A DNA stretch of 64,000 nucleotides, from the NCBI GenBank assembly GCA_050084985.1, contig JBITNC010000001.1:9300001-9364000 (forward strand), read 5' to 3'. The translations under genes were made by a program, and so were the position numbers. Source of the stretch: Nageia nagi (taxonomy: Eukaryota > Plantae > Pinophyta). Each line of letters begins with the position of its first letter. The stretch's first letter is position 1. Shown piece after piece: positions 12,339 to 27,059 of the stretch. Under the pieces are notes generated by a model. It ran no database searches. It saw only the letters and a program-made list of their open reading frames with translations, and was not told where the DNA came from.

Positions 12339-13550
12339 ATGGATTCACCTCATTCAACAACTTCATTGGTTGTTTCTATTCCATTGACTGATTTGTTGGT
12401 GCAATTCAATGGCTTGAGACCCACACTTTGATTGGGTATTTTCTGGGTAAAGTCCCTAGTGAGTCAGTCCTGTATTCATGGGTGAAGTAGACTTGGGCTC
12501 CCCATGGGATAAAAATTGCTGGTGTGCAAAACTTTACAAAAGGTTTTTCCTTATTTTGTTTTGCAACTCCTGCGCATGCGCAAGGAGTTTTGGCCCATGG
12601 CCCTTGGTCTATTTGCAATACATTGTTACTCTTTCAATCATGGACCAAAGATTTCTCAGCAGCTAATGTTGTGTCCCTTAAGGTTCCTATCTGGGTTGAA
12701 TTCCTCGATTTGCCTTTGCCTATATGGCCTCATTTTTAGCGTATATTGCTCCTCTTGGAGAGTTTGTCTGCCAAGATGAGGATAAGTTTTTCTCTTCATG
12801 GCCTCACCATCGATACTATGTGAAGGTTGACTTGTCTCAAGACCTTTAGCATCATGTTGATATCCAAATAGGAGAGACTAAGTTTCATCAGAAAGTAAAT
12901 TATATTAATTTACCAAACACCTGTTATAGGTGTCAGTCCAATACCCATATATTCATGAGTGTCCTTTGATGGAAGGTAATTTTAAGCCTAATAAGGTGGC
13001 TACAACCCCCTCCCTAGTGGCAATAATCCCAAGACTACTAAGTGGGATGATCCATTATTAATCATAAAGGCAAGAATGGTAGAAATAGTAACATTTCCAA
13101 TAGCAAGCCTTCTACTCCGAAAGGTGGTTTCGATTCAGGTAACTCTTCTAATGCTACTGGGAAATAGGCTGTTTGTGAAGGTGGTTCTATTCTATTCCTT
13201 CAAGCTCCCTCTTAGCTAGTTGAGATTCTATCGGCACTTGTGCCATACCCAACAATGGTTTCCTCTTCTGGGCTGATTTTCTCGAACTCCTAAGATAGGA
13301 TTATTGTTCAATCCCCTCCTCAAGGGAAGGGAATCTTTCAAACACATGGGGGTCGGAAATCCCATAGTCCTCCCCATGGTTCTTTTCATCCCAAGAAATG
13401 TCACCATTATGCTTTGATTTTGGGTGACTAGGATGGTTTTTTGAGTAATCCTTATGAATCACTCTTTGGGTTTAAGGACTCAAAGGAGGTGGAAGCCAAA
13501 ATCATGGATCATCATCTTTCATGATTTTTATGTCATGGAATGTTCGAGGG
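12339..13550 (+). pseudogene. L1 ORF1 (DUF4283-like + zinc knuckle), disrupted
   Basis: LIGYFLGKVPS..., KGFSLFCF..GPWSI..VPIWVEFLDLP, then YINLPNTCYRCQS..H..ECP at about 12900-12965. Stops and frameshifts present. Confidence 0.85.
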
Positions 13551-13589
13551 TTGTCGAACCCTACTTGCAAATATTTGGTTTGAAATGTG

Positions 13590-16500
13590 ATTACTGCTTG
13601 CGTCCATTAGTTATGTGCATTGGATGTTTTATGTTTGCAAGACATCAATATGCCAGGCTTTCATTTGCAATCGACCTGCATTGCGATTTGGTTGGAGAGC
13701 CACTTTTACATTACTAATCATTGTAACAATAAAGGTGGTGTTGATTTATTTATTGCTAAAAGGTGGCATTCCCATTTTGTCACTTGGGGAACTGATCCCA
13801 CCAACCAAGAGTGTGGGTCCTTCTCGAGGTGGCTAGTACATCCTTTGGTATTCTAAATATTTATGCTTCTAATGATGCATCTGAGCATTATTCATTATGG
13901 CATTGGATCATCTTTTCTCTGCCTCAAGCCACATGGTTAATGTGTGGGGGCTTTAATATGACTGAGTGAGCCTTTGATAAGATTGGTATTCATATTACGA
14001 GGAGGCCTAGTGGGGATTGTCATGCCTAGTACTTCATGCAAAGCAGATTAGATTTTGTTGACCTTAATGCCTATTTTGTGCCAATCGATTTTCCACATTA
14101 CCTTTGGTACACATGTTCCAATTTCTAAGCTTGAGATTCCTGTATTAACGTCTGCTTGATCGTGCCATGTTTTCTAGTCAACAAATGTTTCGCTTTAATC
14201 GACATAACCACTTAGTGCCATTTATGGAAGTCATGCTAGGCACCACCACCTCAAATCATGCACCGATTCAGTTCACCATTACTCATGACCATCTGCCTCC
14301 TATGCAATGCATGACTCAATTCCTTTTGAACATGTCGTTTCTAAGTTCTCCTTCAATGTTTTCTCATATTCATCATATTTGGAACTTGGTTCCCTGCCCT
14401 ATTGGCATTCATGGGCACATTAAGTGGTGGAATTATGCTATCTCTTGCACAACAGTTCTACTTCGTACCCTTAGGCAGAAGGTTGCTAAATCTAGACAAC
14501 ATTTTAATGTTGCTTTATAGGAGAAATTGATCAGAGTTATGCTTAAGTTGGAAGTTGACCCTTTCTCTATTGCACTTCAGTATCAGACTGCTCAAATTTG
14601 CCAAGAGCTTAAGATTGTATACATCTATGAAGCTTGAGGTGCCCAAATTAAAGCCATAATGTATTGGATTATAGTGGGTGATAAAGTGACCAAGGAATTT
14701 TTCAATAGGCTCTGCCCCCTATCAAACTACTCAATTCATATCCCCTTTTGATGGTCAAAATCAGGTCACCTCCATTGCTGACATATCTGAGGTTTTTGAG
14801 TGACATTAGTCTCATGTTTTTTCTTCGCAACAACCCAATGCTCAAACCCTTGAGGTTGTTTCTACTTGTCTAGCTATCGTGGCCAATAAATTGTCTGCAT
14901 CTCAACGGTTATAGTGTGACCAACCCTTACTGTTGGATGATTTAAAAGAAATTCTAGCTCAAACAGCCAATGATAAAGCTCTAGGGTTAGATGGTTTCCC
15001 CTATGATATTTTCAATTTTTTTTGGGATATGATTGGTCCCAACCTTTTTAAGGTTTATCAAGAAGCTATGCATTGTGGGTATTTGTGCAAAATAATCAAC
15101 AAGGGAGTGATTAAGTTTATTCCCAAGCTAAGTGATCCTGAAATTATTACAACTTGGAAGCCCATTACTTTTTTAAATATTAGCTATAAGATCATAGCTA
15201 AAGCTCTTGTTCTAAAGCTGAGACCTTTACTTCCTCTGATTGTTTGGCTTAAGCAAATTAGTTTTATTAAAGGGCATTATATTTTTGATAATGGTTTAGC
15301 TATCTAGGAAGGAATGGAGTGGGCTAGGATTAGCCAACAAGCTACTCTTTTTCTTGAGATTGATTTTGATAAGGCTTATGATAGAATTGAATGGCATTTT
15401 ATTCTTTCCATTCTCAAAGCTCTCAGTTTTGGGAAATATTTCATTCACTTAGTTCACATGTTATTTCAAGATTCAACCACTTTGCTTTCCATTAATGGTT
15501 TGCATTCCTCTACTATTGGTCTATTTATTTATGTGTGTCAAGGTTTCCCTCTAGCCCCTTCTCTCTACATTTTAGTAGTTGAAGCTTTTGGTTATCTTTT
15601 GGCTCAATAGATGTTTGTTGGTAATAGTAAGGGTATTTCTCTTCCTCTTTCCTAGTCCTAGCTTGTTAATGATAATTTTACATATGACTCTTTCTTGAAT
15701 TTGAAAGAGGAAGAGAAGTTTGTTCATCATGCCATTTTTTATCTTAATACCTTTTGCCAAGATTTAGGTTTGAGTGTGCAGTGGCATAAGACTTCTTGTT
15801 ATCGACAGTTTGTTAATGATATACCCTCCTAGCTTCAAAGTTTTTAATGGCATTGTATTACTTTCAGGGAAGTGTTTAAATTTTTAGGTATCCCTTTTGC
15901 TTTTCAATCATCTCCTGCCAAGCTTTGGTCTATTATGGTTCAAAAAGTGGAGCATAAGTTGGAATATTGGTTTACTAAGAAGCTTTATTTGGTTGGGAAT
16001 TTTTAAATTTATTCTAAGGTTCAAGCTGCCACCCATATTTATTACTTCGCATGCTAGGTCTCATCTAAGAATTGCTTTCTCAAACATGGGCAGTTGCTCA
16101 AGGATTTTCTTTAGTCCAATTCTAAAGACAAAAGAGGGTTCATAGGGTTGCCTGGGAAAATTGTTGTCTCCCTCAATCTTCAAGTGGTATGGGAATTTTT
16201 GATTGCCATAGACAAGGTATTGCTCTCTGTGCCAAATGGCTTGTTTGATATGTTTCGAGAGAAGAGGCCTAAAAGATTTTATTTTTGTATTTTATTTTTA
16301 CAAGGATTCCTCTAAACTATCAAGCTTGAAAGGGCATGGGCTTTGCTTCCCTCCTTACTAGTCCAATATCTACCACTATTTCTAGCTTTTTTGTTATCAA
16401 AAGTATTTGGAAAGCATGGGAGAAAATTAAACCTTGGCTTCATTGGAAAGGTTTGGATTCTTGTAAAAGTTTTTTGCTAATAATTTGAATGTGTGATGGT

Positions 16501-17300
16501 ATTCAATTTTTACTCTTCAAGGTTTACCACTTGCTACTTTTCCTTGGATTCATGCACAAAGATTTTATAAGAAAGGTACTGCTACTTTGTTGGATTTCTA
16601 CTATGTACATGATAGAGGTTGGCTTTATTGGCCTTTGTTTAAATCCAATTATGAGATTCACCTAGATGATAAGAGTACATATGAGGTAGTCTTGGATATT
16701 TTCCCTTTATTAGTTCTTTTTAAGGTTCACACTCAGGCTCAAAGGTTGTGATGGTCAAAATGGCAATGGTATAAAGCAACCCCGTTTCGTAACTACAAGC
16801 CTAGAATTGGATATTGTGGCTCTCTCCTATCCTTTCCATGTATGATAAGCTTAATATTAAGTGGGATCTCATTTCTACTAGATCTAAGTGGGGAACTTGA
16901 TTTCAGATAGTTTGGAAAACTTACATTGATCTCTCCTTTTTTGCTTGGTGTCTATTGTCTCAAAGTATTCCGTTGGGGCCTTGGTTGGTCCATCTAGGGG
17001 TTGTTGATCCATGTTGTATTTTTTGTAATCAACCAAAGTCTTTCTTTCACATTTTTTGGGAATGCCCAAAATCTAGGTTTGCATGGCATTGGATTGAGTC
17101 CTTTTTTTGCTCATACATGTCTCATTCCTTTACTTGGTTCCATATTTTGTTAGGGGACTCTCTAGATTTTTCTTTGGCTCATTATGAGATATGACACATA
17201 TTTCGTACTACCATATTGTTCCACATTTGGAAAGATAAAAATAGAATGATTTTTGATCAGTTAGAGCCTTCTGCTTTCTCTCTACTAACAAGCTATTGAT
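13590..17300 (+). pseudogene. L1 ORF2 (APE endonuclease, RT, zf-RVT), disrupted
   Basis: Endonuclease: DVLCLQ (13620), LNIYASN, WLMCGGFN. RT: KALGLDGFP, WKPITFLNISYKIIAKAL, IDFDKAYDRIEW, QGFPLAPSLYIL, FKFLGIPF. C-terminal CIFCNQPKSFFHIFWECP. Confidence 0.92.
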
Positions 17301-18012
17301 TTTTCATGATGCTTGGTTATAGATTTGTGTTCAAGTTGATAACATTCAGATGTAGCTTAGCCACCTACATGAACTTATGTATTTTTAGGGAAATGCTCCA
17401 TGCATTGTTCATAGGGTTTCTCCAAAGCCCCCTTCCCGTAAATGCTCTTGTTCCAGGTCTCAACAATGCCATCGCCCTTCACAAAACATCCAATCTCAAT
17501 TACTTCCACCTCATCATGATTGGAATGCTCCACATCCATCGTATGGAGGTGAAAAAAGTTATCAAAGAAATCGATGGTTGGGACATCCAACTTGATTTAC
17601 AAGCTCCTCCAAATTCAACTACTAGGTGGGATGTAGTTCCCAAGTCACCTGACTGCATTGATAACTCAAGTTGGGGTATTGTTTTGATACCTGCTAATAA
17701 TTGGTAGAATCTGGTAGATGAAGATGATCACCAACCACTCTCTCCCTAGACAAATTAGTTTAAGTTTATGCTTTGTATAGTTTTGTATTCCTTAGATGAC
17801 CATTTTGTACTGTCAATGGCTTTAGTTTCTTTTATAAATCCTAACTTTGGGAGTTGGTTTGACTTTGGGGTGTACTAATATCTTAATGAATTTTAGTAAA
17901 ATATACTCTCTGACATGCCAATTGATTAAAAATGATAAACATTACAAAAATCACCATATGTCAAGTGGAAGATAAAAAATAATTATTTTAATTGATTGAT
18001 ATGCATAGTTTT

Positions 18013-18255
18013 TGTTAGACATCTAATTCTTAAGGATTATGGTATAGATAGTATAGTATTAATTACTATATTTAGTAAATTCATAGCTTTGTGTGTGCTA
18101 GAATTTAGAGTGTCATTTCTTAGAAAATATGAAAATTTACATTGTATCTCAAGGGTCACCCTAGAAAGTGAATGTGAAGAGCCAATCTTCTTGTCTTAAG
18201 GTAATATTCTAACCTAATACAATGCTTTTTGATCTTGGAGTTATTTGACCTAGTA
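18013..18255 (+). repeat. Copia 5' LTR
   Basis: TGTTAGA...CCTAGTA; aligns with 24128-24375 at roughly 85% identity by eye. Confidence 0.9.
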
Positions 18256-18256
18256 T

Positions 18257-18268
18257 TAGTATCAGAGC
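18257..18268 (+). promoter_or_regulatory. Primer-binding site (tRNA-iMet), one mismatch
   Basis: TAGTATCAGAGC vs canonical TGGTATCAGAGC, directly after the LTR. Confidence 0.85.
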
Positions 18269-19864
18269 ATTGAGTTTTTGTTTCTCTTACTCCATGAACT
18301 TGATAAAATGCTACAAAAAAAAATCCATCCAAAATTTTACTTCTTTTTTTCTTTGAAATCGAGCATTGAAATCCATTTTTGATCACATATTTGGATTAAC
18401 GAATGACTCGATAATGCATACAATGAAGCCCAAATTTGGTAAAGATTTGGGGAAGTTATCATAGTTTGAAGTTTCAACCAAGTAAGTTTCATGTAACAAA
18501 TCATTTCAATGGTTTTGTTTAAAATTTGGTGGTTTTTTATTTGGAAAATACGATATTTTTTTGAATGGCGATATAGTAAATTTCCTTTATGGAAGAAAAT
18601 AATAGTTTTCCTTTACTAGTTCACATGTATTTCAAAACAACCAGCATTTCTTGGTGCCCAACATTTTGGTGTGATTTAACTCCCTTTTTGCTCGTACGCT
18701 AGCCAAACCCATGCCTCCCAATACTCATGTTTCCTTCCATTGAACAAGTCTTGTGACCCTCCTAACATGCCACTCTGGTATCAAACCTATGCATCTTAAT
18801 TTTGACTATTTCCTATGAGCCCCATGCATTGTTCGAAAAACCCCTTGTGTGCCCTTTATTTTCCTTGCAAATCACACCATTTGTTTTCCTCGATGCCCCC
18901 CATACATAGACCTAATGTCTACTGAGTGCACAACCACCACACCTCCCAACTACCAAATCTCATTCGCACTAGCTATTTCCTAGAAAAACCCTACAAACCG
19001 CCTAACCCCTTGCACCATTTTTTGACCTAACAACATGCACTCACCCACATGGAGTCTCTTTGGTGCCTCCCAACAACATAAACTACAAGTCGTTTCTTCA
19101 ATATGCGTACCCACCACTTTTCTACACTTCACAACCCTAATCTACCAGTTTCCTTGTAGATAGACACATGAAAATCAGTAAGCAGAGTTTGACCATATAG
19201 TTAGCACTTTGAACTACCCATTCAGTAGTTTTAGCACAATCAACATACATAATTAGCATTTAAGTTTCATTTTTGAGGTATTTTTGAATTTTGAAGACAT
19301 TTTTGGCCATAACTTACTGTAATAAACTCCATTTTCAGTGAAATATTTTTTGTTGAGTCTAGAATTCAAAACAAATTTCAGTTATGTCAGTTGATGGATA
19401 TTATTTTTGGTGAGAAATTAAAAAATATATTGACAAAGTAGGTATGAAATTTGATTTAGACTTTGGTGAATTTGGCATAATTGAGGGATTCTGCACCTTG
19501 GAGTATTATGTTACCCTTGAAGTTGGAAAAGCAAAATCAGAATTGGAAATAGGTTATTTGGCCGAAGTTGAAGACAATGAAGACAAAAATGATGTTGTTG
19601 AACTGTTAGATGTTGCTTCTACTTTTGCTATGCCATCTCCTCGTAACATGCCTCCTAGAAGAAATCATCCTTTTAAGAGGAGACATGTGATGTAATAAAT
19701 CTCCTTTGATATCCTCTATTCTTTTTGCATTTTTTGATGTGGTGTGAGCAAAAAGAATTTTTATTTTTGTGTGGATGTTGGTTTTTGAAAAAGTGTGTGC
19801 AATTTCTTGAATTGTAAAAGTTTTAAAAAGTAAATAAATAAAGTTTGAAGTTTTTATTTCAAAG

Positions 19865-22800
19865 ATGCATTCCCTTGTGAGTATTGTTGGTGTTGTTTTA
19901 ACCGAAAAAGAAAATTGGCTGGAGTGGTCTAAGAAAATAAAATATATTTTAATTTTCAATGATTTTGGGTTGGTATTTATAATAGTGATAACCAACCTAC
20001 CAAACCAACTAATGCAAAGGAGCTTGCAGTTTGAAACATGAAAAAAAATAAGACATATGCTTTTATTGCATCTTCGGTTAGTGCAAAGGTTAACCACCAC
20101 ATTAGCTCCATTTATGATGCTTGAAATGTACTAAAGAAACTCAAGGACTTGTTTGACTCCCATTTTGAATTGGAATTAATCCAACTTTAGTTGAAACTTT
20201 TTAACTTAGATTTAAAGAATGATGATCCCATGGCATTGATTTATGAAATTAGAGAAATAATGCATGACATTGACTTTATTGGTGTGAAGATTGATATTGC
20301 TCTCATGGATTTGATTAAGGCATTGTACCCAACATATTCAAATTATCTTGAATCCTTGAAAGCTAGTGGTAACTTGAAGTCTCTCACATTTGATACTTTG
20401 GCAGATAAGATTGCAGAATGTGAGAAGGCATTTGGAAAGAAATCCAATGATTCTACTTCAAACACATTATGTATTGCTCAAAAGGGAAATAATGTTGCAT
20501 ATGATTATTCTTGAGGTGAAAGTAGCAACCGTGGTTGTGGTAGGAGATGGAATCATAAAGGCAAGTGAGGCAGATTTAATCAAGGTGATTGTGATGAGAG
20601 GAATAATCTCCATTGTGAAATATGCGATAGACAGGTCCATGAAGCTAATACCTATTGCACTCCATGGGAGAAGATCAAAGAAAGGAATGAAAAATGAGAG
20701 TAAGACGAGTAAGAATTCTGATTCTACTCATTATGTTACTGCATATTGTAACAATACAATTGAAAATTTATGCAATACTTCATTTGCATCTTGAGAGGAT
20801 GCATGGTTGCTTGATACTAGTGCAACATGTCACATGATGTTTCAAAGGGAATCATTTGAAGGGATGAATACCAACATTGATGATGTAGTATACTTTGTTG
20901 ACAAATCCTATATCAAACCTTTAGGTATTGGTAGTGTGAGACTCAAACTGCTAGGTCTTTCAGATATGATTCTTCATAATGTGATCTATCTTCCTTAATT
21001 GTGAAGGACCCTATTATCCCTTGTGCTCATTCGAAAACAAGGACACTCAATTCATATGTTCGATGGAATTATGGAGATAACAAGGTCTTTTGACAACAAA
21101 GTGGTGATGATTGGAACAAAGAATGAGAAGCTATTTAAGATGCATGGAAGTTATACCAAATCAATGAATTTTGCCTACCTTACCCATAAAGAAAAAGGTA
21201 CTCTCTCATCTAGTCTTTTGTGGCATGCAAGATTTGGTCATCTCAATTTTGATGATCTCCATTTGTTGAAAAAGAGAGGTTTTTTGGGATTGCCTACTAT
21301 TCCTAGGAACATATAACCTTGTGAAACATGTCTCCTAGGAAAGCATAGCAAACAACCTTTTCCTGATTCAAAATTTAGAGCATGTAGAAAATTAGAACTC
21401 ATACACTTTGATTCATGTAGACCATTGCTTGACTCTTCTACTAATAGAAATAAATATATCATAAGTCTCATAGATGATTACACTAGGATGTGTTGGGTGT
21501 ATTTGTTGAAGAACAAGTAAATTTAAGGAATTTCATGTGATGATTGGGAAAGAAACTAACATTCATATTGGCACACTTAGTTCTTATAATGGGAGTGAAT
21601 ACACTTCAGTTGAATTCAAGAACTATCTTAGTCAACATGGAATCAAGCATCAAACTATTTTTCATTATAATCTGCAATATAATGGTGTAGCTAAGAGGAT
21701 GAATAGAACTTTGTTGAATATAACATGGGCATTGTTGTTTTTCAAGAATGTGAAAATGATATTTTATGGTGATGTGATTGTTTGTGTATGTATGTTAGAA
21801 ATATATTTCCATCTCATGCTCTTGATGATAAGACTCCGTATGAAATGTGGTTTGGTTGTGTTCCTTTGGTTCGACATCTCAAGGTTTTTGGTTCCACCTA
21901 TTATTCCCTAGTCCCTAAGGAACAAAGGAACAAAGTGGTTCCAAGAGTCAAAAATGTATTTTCTTGGGGTACTTAGATACTACCAAGGGCTATAAGCTTT
22001 ATGATGAGGTAAACAAAAAGTTCCTCTTTATAAGGGACATCATTTGTTTGGAATGTTCCAATAGTGAATTGACTGTTGAGCAACATATTGATCACCTTGA
22101 TAGGTTTACACATGGAAATCATTTCTTTGAACATGATTACGAGATTCCAAACATTGAGGGGGGGATCCTTATGTTGGATCAATCTTTGGAATCTACACCA
22201 CTTATGCCTATTTTGAAAGTGCCTGATCTAGTAGTAGCACCTGTTCTAGGAGTACATGTACCTCCTCCACCATAACAAGATCCTTCCTCTATCAATTTTA
22301 GCAGCTCCTTTGGATGATTTGATTTAAGGGATCAATAGGTTGAGTCTTGAAGGAAATGAAGAACCTACTTAGCTTGTTGAGCAACTTGAAACATCATAGA
22401 ATATTCCTAAATGGCTCTCCAAAACACTTGAGAGTGTTCATTCTAATGAAGTTGGAAATATGGGAACTAGGAGTTCCTACAGAGACATAATTGAATATGG
22501 AATAGTAGAGGGTTCAGATTCAGATAATGATGTTGAGGATATGGAATGTTATTTTGATTGTGAATTGAATTTATCTTTTGATTGTGACTTGACTTCCTTT
22601 AAAGAAGATTTTTCTCATGATGTCTAGAAGGATGCTACGAAGGAGTATGATGCTCTCATCAAGAATGGGACATGGAAGTTGGTGGATCCTCCATATGGAA
22701 CCAAACCTATTGGATGCATGTGGTTCTATAAAAATAAGTATAGATTAGACAACTCACTTGAGAAACACAAAGCGAGGCTTATGGCTAAGGGTTTTGCATA

Positions 22801-24119
22801 GAAAGAAGGTATAGACTATGATGAGACCTTTGCTCCCACAATAAAAAGGGCTATTATTTATTTTTTGTTAGCAAAGTCAGCTCAACATGGATGAAAATTT
22901 CATTAGATGGATGTGAATACTTCTTTATTGAATGGTGATTTGAAAGAAAATGTGTACATGAGACAACCAAAAGGATTTGTAGTGAAGGGAAAGGAACAAA
23001 AAGTTTGTAAGCTCATCAAGTCCTTGTATGGCCTAAAACAAGCTCCTCGCACTTCGTATGAAAAGCTTATTGAGCATATCTTGAAGATAAAATTTGAACA
23101 CTTTAATCTTGATGATGCAACATTGTTTATCAGAAAAGTTGGCAAAACTATTGTATATCTTGTGGTGTATGTAGATGATCTTTTGATAACTAGGAAATAT
23201 GAAAGTTACATTGCATTCATGAAACAAGATTTGAAGAGAGGTTTTGAAAAGATAAATGTGAGACATCTTCATTACTATTTTGCATTTAAGTGACATAAAA
23301 TCCAAGGTAAATTTTCATTTCCTAAAGGAAGTACATTGGAGAATTGTTGAACAGATTTGGCTTGAAAGATTGTAATCATCTTTCCACTTCAATGGAACAA
23401 AATTTGAAGTTGAAATCTATTGAAGGGAATGCATTTGAGGATGCAACAAAGTATAGACAACTTATTGGAATTCTCATATATTTATTCCAAAACCAGGCCA
23501 AACATTTCATTTTTGATTGGAATTCTCTTTTAGTTTATGCAAAAATTATGTAAAGGACATTGGAATGCAACAAAAAGAGTTCTCTGATATTTAAAAGGCA
23601 TATAGGAATTAGAGCTAAAGTATTCCCAAGTAGGAGACTTCAAATTTATTTGATATATAGATTCAAACTTTGGTGGTGATAAAGAAAATGGAGTTTCAAC
23701 TTCAAGATATGCCATGAGTCTTGGATCCTTAGCTATCTTTTGGAGATCATGAAAGCATTCCATTTTGACAAATTCCACTATAGAGGTAGAGTATGTGGTT
23801 GTTGTAGAGGCAACAAAGGAGATTGTGTGGCTCAGGAAGATACTGAAATATTTGCAAGAAAATAGGTGAATCCAACTCCAGTTTTGATCAATAATATTTT
23901 ACAATTCAATTGGCCAAGAATCCAAAGTTTCATGATCAAACAAAGCACATCAACACAAAGTATCATTTGATTCGACATGATGTAGAGGTTAAGACAATTC
24001 AATTGAAACATTATCCCACAGATGAGCAAGTAGCGAACATCTTCACCAAGGCACTTGGAAGAGAAAAGTTCGAGAAGTTTAGGAAGATGCTTGGAATTAC
24101 CAACTCCTCTTTGGATTAA
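19865..24119 (+). pseudogene. Copia gag-pol polyprotein, disrupted
   Basis: gag MHSLVSIVG..NWLEWSKKIK; protease WLLDTSATCHM (about 20804); LWHARFGHLN; integrase NGVAKRMNRTLL, KTPYEMWFG; RT SLYGLKQAPR, LVVYVDDLLI; RNase H TKHINTKYHLIR, ANIFTKALG. Confidence 0.93.
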
Positions 24120-24127
24120 GGGGGGAA

Positions 24128-24375
24128 TGTTAGAAACCTAATCCTTAATTATTATGGTATAGATATTAAAGTATTAGTTACTAACTATATTTAGTAAATT
24201 CATAGCCTTGTGTGTTCTAGAATTTAGAGTGTCATTGCTTGGAGAATATGAAGAGTTATATTGTATCTCAAGTGTCACTCAAGAAGGTGAATGTGAAGAT
24301 TCAATCTTCTTATGTATTAAGACAATATTCTAACCTAATACATTACTTTTGATCTTGGAGTTATCCAACCTAATA
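24128..24375 (+). repeat. Copia 3' LTR, preceded by PPT AAGGGGGGAA (24118-24127)
   Basis: TGTTAGA...CCTAATA, homologous to 18013-18255. Confidence 0.9.
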
Positions 24376-27059
24376 TTTTTTACCCATCATAAAGCTTGCA
24401 TGTGTGAATGATGTGATTATAGAAATTTAAGTTTACTTTTTAGCATTGTGAAAGAGATATAAGAGATAACAAAGGTCCCTAGAGGAGAGCTATGATCTTT
24501 CAATATTTTCCCTCTTGTAAATAAGTTGTATTACTCTTTGCACATTAATTCAAAGCTATTTGACCTATTTTCAACATGAGTTTCATATATGTTTATCATT
24601 GATAAATGTTTTTAGATGCTAATATTTATACGTCTGCCAGTTTCTAGTTTGCTTAAGTTGAAATATATATATTAGGAGATGAATTGCTGTGAAGAGCAAG
24701 TTATCTACATCATCAAATCTATAGTTATTAGCTGAATCCAATTCCCTTTACATCAAAGTAAGTTGCTTGAGTTGGTAATTTACTTTTGGTCCTCTTGAAT
24801 GCTCTCATTTTATAACTTTATCCTTTTTTGAACTTTTTTTCCTTCTTGATTTCTTAAAAATTCAACTTTCTTCAAAAGTTGAGTTCAAGCTTGCATTTTG
24901 AATATTACCTTAGGCTATCAACACTATGTTATGTTCTCTAAGGGAGAGATTTATTTTTTGAATACAAAATTATTGAGAGTTTATATATTTATTTTTTAAT
25001 TTATATTATTTTTTAAAAGATAAAGTGTTGTTGGGTATGCAATATTACATTACAACTATACATTTATTTGAAATTGGCTTTTCATCTTTATATTTATTTT
25101 ATGAGTTGATTATCTTTTGCAATTAAACTTTTTTTTTTATAATCAATTGGATTTCCAATTAGAATCTATCCTACTCATAGTAAAGCATGCTTCAAATTGG
25201 AGTCTCTTATATGCTAGAGCATACAAACATAATCTATGTTATAGGTTGATATCCATCTTTATGAGGCATGATAGGCTAGTGGTTTCCCCAAAAATTCAAT
25301 TAAGAGTATTGCTAGGGTTATACTTACCATATCTCATAAACATGATACCTAATTCTACTTGGTTTTTGTTTCATTCCTCATAATATGTGCATAATGATGC
25401 CAAACTACGTATGGATTCCTTAAAACTTAAAGCACATAATAAATAAATAAACCAATGGACAAAATCCAATTCACAAAAAAACAAATATCCAAAATTTATT
25501 CAATTCATTCTCTTATTCAAAGGAATATAATATAATTTGGAAAAGAATTCAATTTTCCATTGAACTATTGGTATAGGCAACTAGCAACTTCATTGAAAAT
25601 TACTATTAAACTCACTATGGTCACTTCCTCTAATTGCAAATTAGGCACTTCTTTTTCAACCTCAAATGCTAAAGGAGCTCTATGATTCCATATGTAGACT
25701 ATTTGACTCACTCATATGTATTATATTTAAAGTTATCATTTTTGTCTACTTATCACTCTTACATATTAGAGTTACACTAGGCACTCCCTTTCTCTTCTCA
25801 TATGTATTTTTCTATAGGCCCATTAGCCAAGTTTTTGATCACCCGCTGACCTTAATACTAAATTTCAATTCAAATTTTTGAGATATTTGAAGTAGCATAT
25901 CTTGATCTTTCTTTGTAACTTAATAGCCTATTGAAACCCTTTATTATTTATATTTTTATATTCTATTTATGGACTAGATTTCCCTCCAAATTCTACTTGA
26001 AGTTGGACTTTGTCTTGCTACAAGGAGAATTCATTTTTTTATGAATGAAATCCATCTTTTTTTTTTAAATCATCAAAATTGATGATCATTATACTTTCTT
26101 ATTCAATGTGGTTTAGGTATCTTTTATTATTTTAGCCTCAATCATGGGGCTATCTTGTGTTTTCCATAACATAAGTTTCACATTGTTGAGATATAGCTTA
26201 CTATATTCTAGCTTGTAATTTAGGCAATTGAAAATAATGCCATCTTATAGTAGTTTTCCTATTACATCTAGTTAAGGCCATTGGATTTTGAAACATTTCA
26301 TCTTTGAATTTGGTGAGCTCATTTTTTTTCATGAAAATATAGCATACATGTTAATGGAGAAAGAACTAAGGATTATTCATCTTGTAGGTTCATACCAAAT
26401 GGTATTAGAGATCTTATATATATATATATATAATTTTATTTGTTAACCACTTTCAAGTTCATGTTTTTTTTTTCCCTTCTACATAGGTATTTACATTAGA
26501 AAATGTGTATTAAGGGATTTAAAATATAAATTTTAATGTGAAATGAGATGCAAAAAATTACACATGAATAAATCTTTAGCTTTTATATACCTTGAATATA
26601 TCTGAAGATCCTATACTAATTGAGTTGAAATTTAGCCATAAGAAGCTTATTAACATTATACTTTTTGAAGTGCATAGAGAACAACACCCAAGATGATCAC
26701 CCTTACATACTAAAAAGTAGATAGTAGAATTGGGAGCAAAATACACTTCCTTCTAGACTAGTGCCCTATAATATTAGATTAAGTACCATTTATCGATTCC
26801 TAATTTATATATGTGTTGTGAAATATTCATACTCCTTACCTTATCAACACACATGTTAACTTATTCAATATTTTGGTGTAAGCTTCTAAAAGATTACCAA
26901 ACTAAAAAAAAGTTATTATCTATTTTATTTTGATCCTTTTAAAAAGATAATTATTTGGTATAATGCTATGATAACTCTTATGGTGAATTCAAAATTTCTT
27001 ATAGGAGATTTAGTCAATTACGATCCCATTTTACAAGGTGTTTATTCTAATTGAAGTCA

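Larger units (their letters stand above)
12170..17932 (+). mobile_element. Near-full-length degenerate L1-clade LINE
   Basis: ORF1 and ORF2 domains in canonical order; 3' end TTGATTAAAAA at about 17922-17932. 5' boundary approximate; no TSD identified. Confidence 0.9.
18013..24375 (+). mobile_element. Full-length degenerate Ty1/copia LTR retrotransposon
   Basis: Two LTRs of about 245 bp, PBS, gag-PR-INT-RT-RH order, PPT. Flanks GTTTT/TTTTT (4/5 TSD match). Confidence 0.95.

Noticed and set aside
24480-26400. Possible decayed transposase or gene on the minus strand
   Set aside because: Purine-biased and coding-like, but no identifiable motif.
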